From assembly GCA_030141605.1 (NCBI GenBank), contig JAQGDQ010002385.1:62001-126000 (forward strand): DNA of 64,000 nt. Direction: 5' to 3'. Position numbers and translations under genes: made by a program. This DNA is from Tubiluchus corallicola. Taxonomy: Eukaryota > Animalia > Priapulida. Below, piece by piece: positions 37,160 through 50,993 of the stretch (within the stretch, counting starts at the first letter, position 1; every line of letters begins with the position of its first letter). The notes under the pieces were generated by a model. It worked only from the letters and a program-made list of their open reading frames with translations. It was not told the DNA's origin and did no database searches.

Positions 37160-38176
37160 ATGCCTCAAAACACATCAGAAAAAAAACAAAAAAAACTTGA
37201 ACTTGTCTGTCCCGCCGGAACACCCGCCGCCTTTCGAGCCGCCGTCAACGCCGGTGCCGACACCGTCTATTGCGGTTTTCGCGATAAAAGTAACGCGCGG
37301 AATTTCCCAGGCCTTAATTTCAGCCCTCTTGAAATCAAGGAAGCGCAACATTACGCGAAAGATCATGATGTGAAAATTCTGCTGGCCATTAACACATACC
37401 CTCAAGCCGGCAACATGGACCCATGGAAACACGCAGTGCAACACGCAGCAAACCTTGACGTACACGCCGTCATTATCGCCGATATCGGCCTTTTATCATG
37501 GATCAAAGAAGAATTCCCATCCCTGCGATGCCACCTCTCTGTGCAAGCTTCCGCCTCAACGCCGCAAGCTATCAACTATTATCAAAAATTCTTTAATATT
37601 AAACGCGTTGTGCTCCCCAGAGTCCTCACAATTCCACAAATCAAAACCTTAACACACGCCATTAAACCCGTAGAAACAGAAGTCTTCGCCTTCGGGGGAA
37701 TGTGTGTCATGGCAGACGGGCGATGCTCCCTCTCCTCGTACATCACCGGTATATCACCCAATAAAGAAGGCGTATGCTCTCCCGCAAGCCATGTCACATG
37801 GCAAGAAGACGGGCAATCCCTAACAGCGCGCCTAAGCGGAGAAGTCATCAATAAATTTAAACTCGGCGAATCCGCAGGATACCCAACTCTCTGTAAAGGG
37901 AGATTCATCGCGCAAGGAAATCCCTCGTGGCTCTTTGAAGAACCCACTTCCCTCAACACCATCACTATCCTACCGGAACTTGTTGACGCGGGCGTCACCG
38001 CGCTGAAAATTGAAGGAAGGCAACGCGGAAAAGCCTATGTGACAAATGTTGTCTCCACCTTCCGTAAAGCTATCAACGCTATGGAAAACGGCGAACGCAT
38101 CGATACTCAGGATCTTCTTGCTCTCTCAGAAGGAGGGCAAAATACAACCGGAGCATACCAACGAAAATGGCAATAA
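37160..38176 (+). CDS. ubiU: O2-independent ubiquinone hydroxylase subunit (U32 family)
   Basis: ELVCPAG, NARNFPGLNF, CVMADGRCSLSS, GYPTLCKGRF, KIEGRQR. Confidence 0.93.
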   Translation: MPQNTSEKKQKKLELVCPAGTPAAFRAAVNAGADTVYCGFRDKSNARNFPGLNFSPLEIKEAQHYAKDHDVKILLAINTYPQAGNMDPWKHAVQHAANLDVHAVIIADIGLLSWIKEEFPSLRCHLSVQASASTPQAINYYQKFFNIKRVVLPRVLTIPQIKTLTHAIKPVETEVFAFGGMCVMADGRCSLSSYITGISPNKEGVCSPASHVTWQEDGQSLTARLSGEVINKFKLGESAGYPTLCKGRFIAQGNPSWLFEEPTSLNTITILPELVDAGVTALKIEGRQRGKAYVTNVVSTFRKAINAMENGERIDTQDLLALSEGGQNTTGAYQRKWQ

Positions 38177-38283
38177 CAGCAAAAATAAACCCCTCACTTG
38201 AAAATAAAAAATAAAAAGAGCAATATAGACTATATATTCAAGATTACAAAATAAACACAATAATAAAAAGGATAACGCACGTT

Positions 38284-39210
38284 ATGAATCCAGCACGCCT
38301 TACCCTTGGTCCCTGCTTCTTTAACTGGCCCGTAGAAAAATGGCAAGATTTCTACTTCAAAATCGCCGATGAAAGCTGCGTCGATGATGTCTATATAGGC
38401 GAAATCGTCTGCTCTAAAAGAACAGCCTTTTTTACAGCCGCCATGGACTCCGTCATCGATCGACTGAAATCCGCCGGGAAACAGGTCTTCCTCTCTACAC
38501 AAGCTCTTGTTATGAGCGAACGCGAAAATAATACCGTACAAAAAATATGCACCCAAAATCAACCATTCCTCATTGAAGCGAACGAAACTACCGCTCTTTC
38601 CTATCTCACAGGAAAGCCTCACATTATCGGGCCGTGGATCAACAGCTATAACGAGCAAACCATACAATGGTTTTTAAAACAAGGTGCAAAACGATTCGTA
38701 CTCCCTTTTGAGCTCCCGGAACATTCTATCATCGAGCTCACAAAAGCAACAAACAAAAAAGCCGACGTGGAAGTCCATGTCTTTGGGCGGCAACCCTTGG
38801 CGATCTCCTCTCGATGCTACCACGCCCGAGCACATAACAAAAAAAAAGCGGATTGTAACTTCGTATGCGCAAACGATCCCAACGGTATGGATGTCCATAC
38901 GCTCGAAGATACACCCTTCCTCGCAATCAACGGAACACAAACCCTCTCATGGAAATTCTGCTGCCTCAGCGCGGAAATACAAACTATGCAAAATAACGGT
39001 ATCAACGCTTTCCGAATCTCTCCACACGATATGGACATGAATACCATCATTACAATCTTCCGTAACCTCCTAGAAAAAAAAATCTCCATCGAAGAAGCCG
39101 ATCAACAGATCCTTCTTTGCGTCAATGATGATACAATCGAGTTTTCAAACGGCTTCTACCATGGTACAGAAGGACGCCTCTTCGTCGAAAAAGAAGACAT
39201 AACCCAGTAA
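38284..39210 (+). CDS. ubiV: O2-independent ubiquinone hydroxylase subunit (U32 family)
   Basis: LTLGP..FNW, GEIVCSKR, PLAISSRCYHAR, C..VC. Confidence 0.93.
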   Translation: MNPARLTLGPCFFNWPVEKWQDFYFKIADESCVDDVYIGEIVCSKRTAFFTAAMDSVIDRLKSAGKQVFLSTQALVMSERENNTVQKICTQNQPFLIEANETTALSYLTGKPHIIGPWINSYNEQTIQWFLKQGAKRFVLPFELPEHSIIELTKATNKKADVEVHVFGRQPLAISSRCYHARAHNKKKADCNFVCANDPNGMDVHTLEDTPFLAINGTQTLSWKFCCLSAEIQTMQNNGINAFRISPHDMDMNTIITIFRNLLEKKISIEEADQQILLCVNDDTIEFSNGFYHGTEGRLFVEKEDITQ

Positions 39211-39259
39211 ACAATCGTAAAAACTAAGAAATTATAGAAATAATAAAGAGAGATATTTC

Positions 39260-40351
39260 ATGACAAGCTCAAACAAAATAAAACGTATCGGTGTTCTGAC
39301 AAGCGGCGGTGATTGCGCTGGGCTTAACGCTGCTATTCGCGCCGTCATACATCGCGCTATCTCGCACTATGAATGGGAGGTCTATGGAATTCTAGACGGA
39401 ACCTCCGGACTCATGGAACGCCCCATGCGCTACCTGAAACTCGGATATGACACCTTCGAAGGCGACCTGCTAAGACGAGGCGGGACAATCCTTGGCACCA
39501 TCAATAAAGGAAATCCATTTGAATTCCCCATGCCAGATGGATCAAAAGTTGACCGAACAAAAGAAATCGTCGAAGGGTATCAACAATTACAACTCGACGC
39601 TCTCATCGCTATCGGTGGCGACGGCAGTATGAAAATCATCAGCCAGTTAACAGAGCTTGGCGGAATACAATTTATCGGAATTCCTAAAACAATCGATAAC
39701 GATGTCGCATTTACAGAATTCTCCATCGGATTTACAACAGCTGTCGATACCGCCGTTGAAGCTCTTGATAGGCTACGGCCAACCGCCGCAAGCCATAAAC
39801 GCGTGATCATCCTTGAAGTCATGGGGCGAGACGCCGGCCATATCGCCCTAACAGCCGGAATCGCAGGAGGCGCAAACGTTATCCTCCTGCCGGAAATCCC
39901 ATACGATATAGAAAAAATAGCCGAAAAAATCGAAGAGCTGCAACATGGCGGAAGAAATCACGCCCTGATCGTATGTTCCGAAGCGGCAAGCCCCAAAGAA
40001 GGGCAAAAAGCCTTCATGCAATATGGCGAAGAAAAGCGATACGGCGGAATTGGCCATCTTCTCTGCGAGCAAATTGCAGAAATAACAGGCGCAGAAGTCC
40101 GCGCTACTATCCTTGGGCACGTTCAGCGCGGCGGAATACCCTCAGGATGGGACCGACTGATGGCAACAACGTTCGGCGTCCACGCTGTCGACCTTCTTGC
40201 AGAAGGAAGGTCCGACCTCATGGTATGCTGGAATAATAAACAGGTTGGAACAGTCCCCATCAACGACGTTGTCAGCCATTACAGCTCCGTCAACCTGCAA
40301 GGCTCCCTCATCCATACAGCAAGAGGAATGGGTATCTGTCTGGGCGATTAG
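39260..40351 (+). CDS. pfkA: 6-phosphofructokinase
   Basis: TSGGDCAGLN, GGDGS, PKTIDND, EVMGR, LGHVQRGG. Confidence 0.95.
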   Translation: MTSSNKIKRIGVLTSGGDCAGLNAAIRAVIHRAISHYEWEVYGILDGTSGLMERPMRYLKLGYDTFEGDLLRRGGTILGTINKGNPFEFPMPDGSKVDRTKEIVEGYQQLQLDALIAIGGDGSMKIISQLTELGGIQFIGIPKTIDNDVAFTEFSIGFTTAVDTAVEALDRLRPTAASHKRVIILEVMGRDAGHIALTAGIAGGANVILLPEIPYDIEKIAEKIEELQHGGRNHALIVCSEAASPKEGQKAFMQYGEEKRYGGIGHLLCEQIAEITGAEVRATILGHVQRGGIPSGWDRLMATTFGVHAVDLLAEGRSDLMVCWNNKQVGTVPINDVVSHYSSVNLQGSLIHTARGMGICLGD

Positions 40352-40557
40352 AGACCTTGATACGATCACTTTGCGGCCATCGCAAAACGGAAAAAAGATA
40401 GAATGATAACAACCGAAAAAGAGATAGCTATCCTTGTATGCTACGTTGCTTACCGACCATAGAAATCACTTTTGAAATTCGCGAAACCAAAATCAGGCCT
40501 GCCAAATCCGTAAACGAGATAACAAACAAGCAAGCCTTCTGCCCAGGCTAGCAGACT

Positions 40558-41352
40558 TTAATGCTTTTGGCGCTTTCTGTTAATATCGCGGTAAGCCACT
40601 ATAAATGTTGCCGCTATGACACTTCCAGGAAGCGCAATAGCCCCGATTCCACCAATAACCGTAACAAACGTTAAAACACGACCAAGCGCCGTCACCGCAT
40701 AAACATCGCCATAGCCCACCGTGGTAATCGTGATAAAACTCCACCAAAGCGCCTTTGGAATACTCGCGAAAGCATCAGGTTGAATATCTTTTTCCACAAA
40801 CCACATAATCACAGCACAAAAATACGCCCATGAAATCAAAAATATAAAGCTTAAAAAAAGCTCACTTCGACATTGACGTACAACCTGCAAAAAAATCTTT
40901 ACCCCTGTAGCGCGCTTCAAAATAGCAAAAAAACGAATAATCCGGAAAATACGCAAAATACGTAAAAAAACAAGAATAAACTCAACATGAGAATTATCCT
41001 TCCCTACGAAAAAAAGCAAGCAGGACAATAACACAACAAAAAAATCCGCCATATTAAGAGGCGAAAAGAAAAATATAACCCTACCACGCAACCCCCGATG
41101 CAGCTCATTAATATCACAACACCAAAAACGAGCTCCATATTCCAACGTAAAAATAAGCGTGATAACAATCTCAGAAAGAAAAAAAACAGTCTCCATAAAA
41201 ATGGGCAAACTCTGCTCTGTCCGCAACGTCGCCACAGCAAGCATCAGAAAAATCGCAGAGCAAATCACCTTGTTGAAAAAAGAAAGATGAGCTTCAGAAG
41301 TATCCTGATTTAACTGATAATAAATCCTTTTCTTTACAGAAAGCTCAACCAT
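40558..41352 (-). CDS. Voltage-gated-type K+ channel
   Basis: TTVGYGD filter; S4-like RILRIFRIIR. Confidence 0.92.
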   Translation of the reverse strand: MVELSVKKRIYYQLNQDTSEAHLSFFNKVICSAIFLMLAVATLRTEQSLPIFMETVFFLSEIVITLIFTLEYGARFWCCDINELHRGLRGRVIFFFSPLNMADFFVVLLSCLLFFVGKDNSHVEFILVFLRILRIFRIIRFFAILKRATGVKIFLQVVRQCRSELFLSFIFLISWAYFCAVIMWFVEKDIQPDAFASIPKALWWSFITITTVGYGDVYAVTALGRVLTFVTVIGGIGAIALPGSVIAATFIVAYRDINRKRQKH

Positions 41353-41371
41353 CTATCACCTGCCAAAAATC

Positions 41372-43606
41372 CTACATGTTAAACTGATTTCCACGTGGAA
41401 AACCAACAGGAGGAAGCTTGCCCTTCTGGCCTCGCTTTCCTAACCAGAAACTAATATCTTCCTCACGGCGAATACGCTCCCCAAGCTTCCAGCTCAAACC
41501 ATTTTCCCTCTTAAACGTGCATAAATCAGATAAATGTCCCCCTTGTTTATAACGCTGCAAAATAACCCCTCTCCCTCGCCCCATCACAGGAATTTCATCC
41601 AGCGAAAAAATCAGCAGCTGCCGATTCGTTCCCACAAGCGCAACCATATCATCTCCCTCGGAAAGCGGGTAGCATAAAAAAGCGCGACTTCCCTCCGAAA
41701 CATTCAAAATCTGCTTTCCTGTCCGAGTCTGGGCTAATAACTTCGATCCTTCCGTAATAAAACCACGACCATCATCAGACGCAAGCATATAACGAACATC
41801 CGCATTATAGGATCGCATGGAAACTATATTATCACCATCCGCCAAATCAACCAGAAGGCGTAACGCCTGCCCAAAGCCGCGCCCTCCAGGGAGAAGATCA
41901 CACCCCAACGTATAAATTCGACCAAAAGACGATAATAATAAAAGCCTGTCCGTCGTCCAAAGACGTAAGAAAAAAAGAACAGAATCTCCCTCCTTGAATT
42001 TTACATCATCAATGGAAACCTGATGCCCCTTAATCGCCCGTATCCATCCCTTCGTCGAACATACAACCGTAACCGCTTCCTTTTCCACCATCAATTCTGA
42101 AGAAAGTTCCATAACTTCCACAGGTTTCCCAACCTTTGTACGACGAGCACCCAATACAGAATCAGAGGAAAAAATATCCCGAATTTCACGAATATCCTTC
42201 GAGATCTCCTCCCACTGACACAACTCACTCGAAAGAAGACGACGTAAATCATCCCGCTTTAACGAAAGAGACTCATACTCCTTTTGAATCTGAACTTCCT
42301 CAAGCTTACGTAAATGACGCAACCGCATATTCAATATCGAATCCGCCTGCAGCTCCGAAAGAGAATAACGCATAACAAAAATAGCCTTCGGATTATCCTC
42401 ATTGCGAATAATCGCTATAATATCATCAAGATTTAAATATGCTGTCAAAAGGCCCGACAAAATCTCCAATCGATTCTCAATCCGTGCCAAATGATACCGA
42501 CTACTCCGCTGCAATACATCCCGCCGATGATCCAAAAATAACCTCAGAACAGCAGTCAAACCCAAAACACCAGGAACCTTCTCCTTGGTTAAAACATTCA
42601 TATTTAAATAAATACGAGCCTCAAAATCTGTCTGGCGATAAAGATGCTCCATAAGTTCCGTCGGGTTAATCATACGATTCTTCGGCTCCAGAACAATTCT
42701 TAAGCTTTCATCAGACTCATCTCGAATATCCGCAAGCGCGGGCAATTTCTTTGCCTCCATCAAAGTGGCGACTTTCTCTATTAAACGCGATTTCGATACC
42801 TGCCAGGGAATCTCCGTCACAACAATATTATACTGCCCACGATTAAATTTCTCCAAATGCCAACTTGCACGAACACGAAAACTTCCCCGCCCCGTCTCAT
42901 ACGCCTTTAAAATATCCTCTCGGCTCTCAACGATCTCTCCTCCCGTCGGGAAATCCGGCGCAGGAAGGATATTTAAAAGAGCCGCCATATCAACCAGCGG
43001 ATCCTTAATCACCATCAATAACGCGTCACATAATTCCGGAATATTATGAGGTGGAATGCTCGTCGCCATACCAACCGCTATTCCCGTAGAGCCATTCGCT
43101 AAAAGATTAGGGAAACGCGCCGGTAAAACAGATGGCTCTCTATCCTCACCGTCATACGTCTCCACAAAATCAACCGTCCCCTCATCCAACCCTTCCAAAA
43201 GAAGACGAGCCGCGACCGTTAAACGCGCTTCCGTATAACGCATCGCCGCAGGGCTGTCGCCATCAATACTCCCAAAATTCCCCTGGCCATCAACAAGCGG
43301 CCAACGAACCGAGAAACTCTGCGCCATCCTTACCATAGCGTCATAAATCGCAACATCACCATGAGGGTGATACTTTCCTATCACATCCCCAACAACACGC
43401 GCGCACTTCTTAAAACCAGAGCGTGGATCTAAACGAAGCTGGTACATCGCATACAATAATCGACGATGAACCGGCTTTAAACCATCACGAACATCCGGTA
43501 ACGAACGAGAAACAATCGTCGATAAGGCATAGGATAAATATTGCTCACTTAACACATCCGAAAAATTAACATCAACAATTCCCGCTTTATTCCTACTTTC
43601 AAGCAT
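41372..43606 (-). CDS. parC: DNA topoisomerase IV subunit A
   Basis: [24 protein letters not shown]; 744 aa. Confidence 0.95.
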   Translation of the reverse strand: MLESRNKAGIVDVNFSDVLSEQYLSYALSTIVSRSLPDVRDGLKPVHRRLLYAMYQLRLDPRSGFKKCARVVGDVIGKYHPHGDVAIYDAMVRMAQSFSVRWPLVDGQGNFGSIDGDSPAAMRYTEARLTVAARLLLEGLDEGTVDFVETYDGEDREPSVLPARFPNLLANGSTGIAVGMATSIPPHNIPELCDALLMVIKDPLVDMAALLNILPAPDFPTGGEIVESREDILKAYETGRGSFRVRASWHLEKFNRGQYNIVVTEIPWQVSKSRLIEKVATLMEAKKLPALADIRDESDESLRIVLEPKNRMINPTELMEHLYRQTDFEARIYLNMNVLTKEKVPGVLGLTAVLRLFLDHRRDVLQRSSRYHLARIENRLEILSGLLTAYLNLDDIIAIIRNEDNPKAIFVMRYSLSELQADSILNMRLRHLRKLEEVQIQKEYESLSLKRDDLRRLLSSELCQWEEISKDIREIRDIFSSDSVLGARRTKVGKPVEVMELSSELMVEKEAVTVVCSTKGWIRAIKGHQVSIDDVKFKEGDSVLFFLRLWTTDRLLLLSSFGRIYTLGCDLLPGGRGFGQALRLLVDLADGDNIVSMRSYNADVRYMLASDDGRGFITEGSKLLAQTRTGKQILNVSEGSRAFLCYPLSEGDDMVALVGTNRQLLIFSLDEIPVMGRGRGVILQRYKQGGHLSDLCTFKRENGLSWKLGERIRREEDISFWLGKRGQKGKLPPVGFPRGNQFNM

Positions 43607-43630
43607 CTCTATACCCTTTTAAATATACCA

Positions 43631-46600
43631 TTACAACACTCGTCGCTTTATAAATAAAAATCCCCTCTTTAACACCCCTTCTATATCATCCAAAATAACA
43701 TACAAAGAAGGAATTAAAAATAATAATAATAACGTCGCAGAAGAAAGACCAAACGCTAAGCTCGTAATCAATGGCTTGAGAATTTGCGCCTGCCTGTCCG
43801 TCTCGCTCAACATTGGAACAAGACCTATAACCGTCGTCATCGATGTAAGAAGAATAGGACGTAAACGACGGCCGCTCGCCTGACAAACCGCATTAATACG
43901 GCTAAGTCCTCCCTTTTCCATAATACGAACAAAATAAACCAACAAAATAGAATCATTCACAACAACACCGACAAGAGCCGCCAAACCTAAAACAGACGGA
44001 GTCGTAAACGATATACCTAGTAAATAATGACCCCATAGTGCGCCAATAAATACTGTTGGAATCGGCGCTAACGCTAAAATAGGCTTTACCCAACTCTTAA
44101 ATTGAAACGCCAAAACCGCATAAATCGCAAAAACACCCAGTATCAAACCCTTCGCCATCGACGAAATGGTCTTCTCACTCTCACGCATCTCCCCTTCAAT
44201 AGAAAAACGAACAGTCGGGTAATCCTCTAACAATTTTGGAAAAAATTTCTCCTCCATATCTATATTGACTTCCCTAGCATTCGCAAGACGATGATCAATC
44301 TCCGCCGTAACCGTTACACTTCGAAAACCCTTCACACGACCAATGCGCGCAAAACCTCGATGAAAACGAATATCCGCAACTTCAGAAAGAGGAACAGACC
44401 CTCCTCCTGGAAGATGAATAAAAAAGTCCTTTAAATCCTCAGCACTGTCACGACTGCTCTTATCCAAACGAACGTTAATATTAATCGTCTCCTTGCCAAC
44501 TTGTATCTCTTTCACCTTCTGCCCCATCCAGGCCGAACGAACCTGGCTGGCTATATCATCAGAAGAAAGACCCAACGCCAAAGCGCCACTCTTGATCTCT
44601 ATAATCAGCTCCGGTTTCCCAGGGCGCAAATCATCTGCAACATCCGAAACACCCTTATAGCCAGAAAGCCACCGCTGCAAATCTACAGAAGCGTCCTTTA
44701 ACTCCTCTAAATCATCCCCATAGAGGCGAACTTCCAGCGCGCGACCTGCCGCTCCCCTCTCTCCCGCGACATATACAATATTAATCGCATCTGGAATCTC
44801 CCCTACACGCTCCCGCCAGCGCGCAAGAACCTGATTGGCCGTCGACGTCCGAGACAAAACATCCAAAAGCCTCAAAAAAACCGTCGCGACATGAGGACCA
44901 TTCTCTGACGTCTCCGCATTATACCCATAGCGAACAGACGCCGAAACAAGCAAAGATTCCCCATCGGGCTGTAAAGGAGAAAGCTCCTCACTCACCGCCT
45001 CGGCGGCAGAAATAATATGCTCGACAGTCTGGCGAGTCACCGCTAAAGATGTTCCTTGCGGAAATAAGATTCTCGCCTCAATATCATTCCCCTCCAAAGC
45101 AGGGAAAGGCCTGTATTTCAAATAGCCGCCTGTAAATAAAGATAAGGAAACCAATACAAAAAAAATCACGATAGAAATCGTCTGCCAACGCCACTGAACC
45201 GTCCTGTAAACAATTTTCTCAACAAAAAATTTTGTAACCTTCTCAACCTTACTGTTCACATAAAGACGAAAACGATCACTCTTTCTTTTGCCATGACGCA
45301 AACTTTTATACAAATGGTGCGGCAAAATCAAAAACGCCTCAATAAGGCTAATCGAAAGAACAATTAATAAAACCGCGATAAGAGGGGCTAAAATATCCCC
45401 CATAACCCCATCCATAAATAATAAAGGGACAAAAATACAAACCGTGGTCAAAAAAGACGATAAAACACCCGGAACAGCCTGCATAGTTCCCGTAGTAACA
45501 GCCTCCATCGCCGTGCTACCACGCTGATGATAAGACATGATATTCTCTGAAATCACAATCGCGTCATCAACCACAATACCAATCGCAATCAAAAGACCTA
45601 CCAGCGTCATCATATTCAAAGAATAGCCAAGCAAAACCATCACCCCAATCGTCCCGAGAAAAGACACAGGAAATCCCACCGTGACCCAAAAGGAAACAGA
45701 GCGGCCAAAGAAAAGCCACATTAAACAAAAAACCAAAAATAAACCCAGCAAACTATTTTTCGATATCATATTTAAACGATCCCGAACAATCGATGTTCGA
45801 TCCGTCGCGATATCAAGCGAAGCACCCTGTGGCAAAAGGCGCCTCTCTTCCTCTATAACGCCATATAAAGCATCAACCGTCTCAAGAGAATCCTGATAAT
45901 CCGTTCGCTCAACCAGCAGATAGGCCGAACGCTTCCTATTGAAATAACTCGCCTCGTGATCCTTCTCAAAACGATCCGTAATTGTCGCAATATCACCAAG
46001 GCGAACCTCCGCGCCGCTCTCTCCTCCAACAACAATCAAAGAGCCAAGATCCTCCGCCGCGCGACGGCGCTCGTCAAAGCGTAAAAGCGTATCCCCCCAG
46101 TCCGTCTCAATATCACCTGCCGATGCGCTGATATTCTGCTGCCGGATCGTATTGGCAATATCCTGTAAACTTAAACCAAACTCACGTAAAACAGGGTACG
46201 GAACCTCTATCAAAAACTCACGGGCTCCAAATCCATAAAGAGTCACCTGGGAAATCTTATCATGACGTATAAAACGACGGCGAATTTCCTCCCCAAGATC
46301 CTTTAAAACAACAGGAGAATCCGGCCCTGTCAACACAACATTCGCAATAAAACGAAACATTCCTGTACGACGAACAACAGGGCGCTCAGAATCCGCCGGA
46401 AAACGATCCGTCCCATCAACATAATCCCGAACATCCTGTAGAAATAAATTATAATCCCCTCCATCAACAATCTTCGCATTCGCTCGAGCAGAACCTTCCC
46501 GAGACTCACAAACCAACTCCTCCAGATCAGAAATGCCCTCTAAAACAGACTCCAGCGGTAGACAAATTCCCTCTTCAACCTCATACGCCGTCGCGCCAGG

Positions 46601-46747
46601 CCAAGAAACACTAACTCGAACAATCGTTGGATCACGCTGTGGAAAAGTATCGCGCTTTATCCCTACACCAATAATAAGACCTGACAAAACAATCAGTAAC
46701 ATCAATAAATTAGCTGCTGTAGGATGGCGAATAAAAAAAGATATCAT
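43631..46747 (-). CDS. RND efflux permease (AcrB family)
   Basis: 1038 aa; GIVVDDAIV, RLRPILLTS. Confidence 0.93.
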   Translation of the reverse strand: MISFFIRHPTAANLLMLLIVLSGLIIGVGIKRDTFPQRDPTIVRVSVSWPGATAYEVEEGICLPLESVLEGISDLEELVCESREGSARANAKIVDGGDYNLFLQDVRDYVDGTDRFPADSERPVVRRTGMFRFIANVVLTGPDSPVVLKDLGEEIRRRFIRHDKISQVTLYGFGAREFLIEVPYPVLREFGLSLQDIANTIRQQNISASAGDIETDWGDTLLRFDERRRAAEDLGSLIVVGGESGAEVRLGDIATITDRFEKDHEASYFNRKRSAYLLVERTDYQDSLETVDALYGVIEEERRLLPQGASLDIATDRTSIVRDRLNMISKNSLLGLFLVFCLMWLFFGRSVSFWVTVGFPVSFLGTIGVMVLLGYSLNMMTLVGLLIAIGIVVDDAIVISENIMSYHQRGSTAMEAVTTGTMQAVPGVLSSFLTTVCIFVPLLFMDGVMGDILAPLIAVLLIVLSISLIEAFLILPHHLYKSLRHGKRKSDRFRLYVNSKVEKVTKFFVEKIVYRTVQWRWQTISIVIFFVLVSLSLFTGGYLKYRPFPALEGNDIEARILFPQGTSLAVTRQTVEHIISAAEAVSEELSPLQPDGESLLVSASVRYGYNAETSENGPHVATVFLRLLDVLSRTSTANQVLARWRERVGEIPDAINIVYVAGERGAAGRALEVRLYGDDLEELKDASVDLQRWLSGYKGVSDVADDLRPGKPELIIEIKSGALALGLSSDDIASQVRSAWMGQKVKEIQVGKETININVRLDKSSRDSAEDLKDFFIHLPGGGSVPLSEVADIRFHRGFARIGRVKGFRSVTVTAEIDHRLANAREVNIDMEEKFFPKLLEDYPTVRFSIEGEMRESEKTISSMAKGLILGVFAIYAVLAFQFKSWVKPILALAPIPTVFIGALWGHYLLGISFTTPSVLGLAALVGVVVNDSILLVYFVRIMEKGGLSRINAVCQASGRRLRPILLTSMTTVIGLVPMLSETDRQAQILKPLITSLAFGLSSATLLLLFLIPSLYVILDDIEGVLKRGFLFIKRRVL

Positions 46748-46750
46748 CTC

Positions 46751-48160
46751 CTAAAACTCTTCACTATTATTATATAAAGCAAGACCACTGCGAATTCTCT
46801 CAAGAGTCTCCTCATCGTCAAAAGACTGCACCAACATTCCCTCTATCGCAGGAACAGGATCACTCACAACAACAGTCTCCCCTTCCAATACACCTCCCTT
46901 GATAACGGCAAAATCCTTGTAGTAAAACAAAACATCAACCAAACGAAACTCAAGGCGCCCCTCTTCATCAACAACCAAAATCTGATCATTCCGAATAATA
47001 AAATTCGGCAGAACAATAAAATCCTGAAAAACCTTCCCCCGAATAGCAACCTCAACATACAAATTCCGTAAAAGAGGAAGCCAAGGCGATTTCTCTCCTT
47101 CAATATCATACGTTACTAAAGAATCGATCCCAACAACCAGCCCAATCGTCCGTGTTTTCTCATCTACAGAACCGTTCAAATAATCAACATCCCCCCGCCA
47201 ATGAATCGGCAGAATATTGCGACTCCCCAAAAGAGAAATCTCCGCTGTAAATTCCCCTCTTTTAAGCAAATTCGGAATAACAAAATGTTCAGAGCTCTGC
47301 TGCTGCATAACAAAATACGGCTGGTAAAATCTCAAAAGATCATAAATATGGCGAATCGGCACCTGCACAGAAACCTCAAAGCGATCCAGCGATTCCGCCT
47401 CAAACAATAATTGACCCGCATTGACATATTGGCCCTCATTCACAGGAAGAGACACAATACGAATATCATACGGCGCATAAATATAAGACTGTTCTCTATC
47501 ATAAAGCGCTGAGTCATAACGTGCCCGCTCCATACTCAGCTGCGCATTCAGCACCTTTTCTTCATTCTCCAAAGAATGAAGCTTATTCATATATTCCTGA
47601 ATCGTCCGATCATATTTCAAAAGCTGCTGCTTTTCCGTATCGACAATGCTCTGCGAAACACTTCCGCGTTTGAAAAGATTCTCCTGCCGCTCCAAACTTA
47701 AACTCGCCAGCAAACGATCCTCCTCCTCAATCTCCAAGAGCGCCTCTATATTCTCACGCTGAATGAGTAAATCATCCAAACGCGCCAGCGCAAGGCGAAC
47801 AGACGCCTCAAGCTCCGTTATGCGAAAATTCAACGCCGCCGTATCAACAGACAAAAGATTCTCACCAAGCGCAATCACGCCTCCTTCCCTTAATTCATCG
47901 TGAAAATCAATAAGAGTTCCGCTAACCTGAGAAACAGAACTCCACGTCACAGCAGGCTTAATATATCCATATCCCTTTAAATAAGGTGTTACAGGAAATT
48001 TCTCTGCAACTATCGTGCGAACAGACGTTACTTGCTCCTGAGAATCAAGCCTGAAAGCAACCTCACGCTCCTCCGTCTTCTCAATAAAGAAAAATACCCC
48101 CACACCAATCGGAATCAGAAACAATAAAATTTTAATAATCACTCTTCCCATGTCGATCAT
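46751..48160 (-). CDS. RND membrane-fusion (adaptor) protein
   Basis: N-terminal TM, coiled hairpin, APYD, VDEKTRT; upstream of the RND gene. Confidence 0.88.
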   Translation of the reverse strand: MIDMGRVIIKILLFLIPIGVGVFFFIEKTEEREVAFRLDSQEQVTSVRTIVAEKFPVTPYLKGYGYIKPAVTWSSVSQVSGTLIDFHDELREGGVIALGENLLSVDTAALNFRITELEASVRLALARLDDLLIQRENIEALLEIEEEDRLLASLSLERQENLFKRGSVSQSIVDTEKQQLLKYDRTIQEYMNKLHSLENEEKVLNAQLSMERARYDSALYDREQSYIYAPYDIRIVSLPVNEGQYVNAGQLLFEAESLDRFEVSVQVPIRHIYDLLRFYQPYFVMQQQSSEHFVIPNLLKRGEFTAEISLLGSRNILPIHWRGDVDYLNGSVDEKTRTIGLVVGIDSLVTYDIEGEKSPWLPLLRNLYVEVAIRGKVFQDFIVLPNFIIRNDQILVVDEEGRLEFRLVDVLFYYKDFAVIKGGVLEGETVVVSDPVPAIEGMLVQSFDDEETLERIRSGLALYNNSEEF

Positions 48161-48468
48161 ATACTTCCAAATTGCTTTTTTATCCAGAAATCCTCTTTAA
48201 TTATTATGAAGATCATTCTCTTTTAGCAAGCCTTTATATTGTGAAAAATATACTCTTATAAAGCTATACGTTAGAAATGAGAAAATTAATCGCTCTTTTG
48301 TATCGCTAAAGTATAGTCTTAATAAAACTAATTACAGTTGCTATATTCTAAAAATCTGCTATAATTATACCTTATCAGGGGAAAAAAAGCTTTCAAATGT
48401 TAGCTTTCTAGCCTAATAAGTAAAAGTAATTGTTTAAAAAATCTTTCTCTAAATGGTTTAGCTTTAAG

Positions 48469-48510
48469 TATAAAAAAAGAGAGACAAAATTTTGTCTCTC
48501 TTTTTTTATA
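48469..48510. terminator. Bidirectional terminator after groEL (perfect 42-bp palindrome)
   Basis: TATAAAAAAAGAGAGACAAAA/TTTTGTCTCTCTTTTTTTATA. Confidence 0.85.
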
Positions 48511-48541
48511 GCGATAATAGAAAAAATTAGGGGAGTGGTAA

Positions 48542-50215
<1,674 letters not shown>

Positions 50216-50269
50216 CTAACTCCTTAAATTTTTTTCTAAATTTATAAAATTGATATTGTTAATCCTTCT

Positions 50270-50557
50270 TTAGGAAAGAATGCCTAAAATATCGGATTCT
50301 TTCATAATCAGCAGCTCTTCGCCGTCAATCTTGACTTCACTGCCAGACCATTTACCAAATAAAATACGATCGCCCGCCTTTACATCCAAAGGCACAATCT
50401 TTCCATCCTCAGACTTTACGCCAGAGCCAGTCGCTATAACTTCCCCTTCCTGAGGCTTTTCCTTTACAGTATCAGGAAGCAAAATGCCACCGGCTGTTTT
50501 TTCTTCTTGTTCAACCCGTCGTACTAAAACACGGTCATGTAGAGGCTTAAATGCCAT
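50270..50557 (-). CDS. groS: Co-chaperonin GroES
   Basis: [10 protein letters not shown]...KESDILG. Confidence 0.98.
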   Translation of the reverse strand: MAFKPLHDRVLVRRVEQEEKTAGGILLPDTVKEKPQEGEVIATGSGVKSEDGKIVPLDVKAGDRILFGKWSGSEVKIDGEELLIMKESDILGILS

Positions 50558-50993
50558 CTTTCCTCGCTCCATTTATCTCTGTTGTTTCATACAATTTTTA
50601 AAGTCAATAATAACACCCCTTGATACAATAAACCGCTTAAATCAAAGGGTGAACCTGATTTATGCAGGCTGCTTTCATATGTCAAGTCCCCCTAGAAAAA
50701 AAATTATCACACCATACTCTATTCCCCAGAAAAACAGCTCAAAATCACAGCAAAATACTCTTCAAGAGAAAAAAACTCTCGAAATATACCCTTTACAGAA
50801 AAACTGAAGAATTCTTCTTCACAAAAAAAGAAAACTATGCTATACACTAAAAATCTGCTTGATTTGTGTGTTTTTTACACTATCTTAGTTATATATGGAT
50901 TTATTTCTTTCCTATAAAAAACAAAGCATTATTGAAAAGCACTCATAAAATTATTTAACTCTAAAATTAAAGATAGAAAGGACGTGTTGTACA

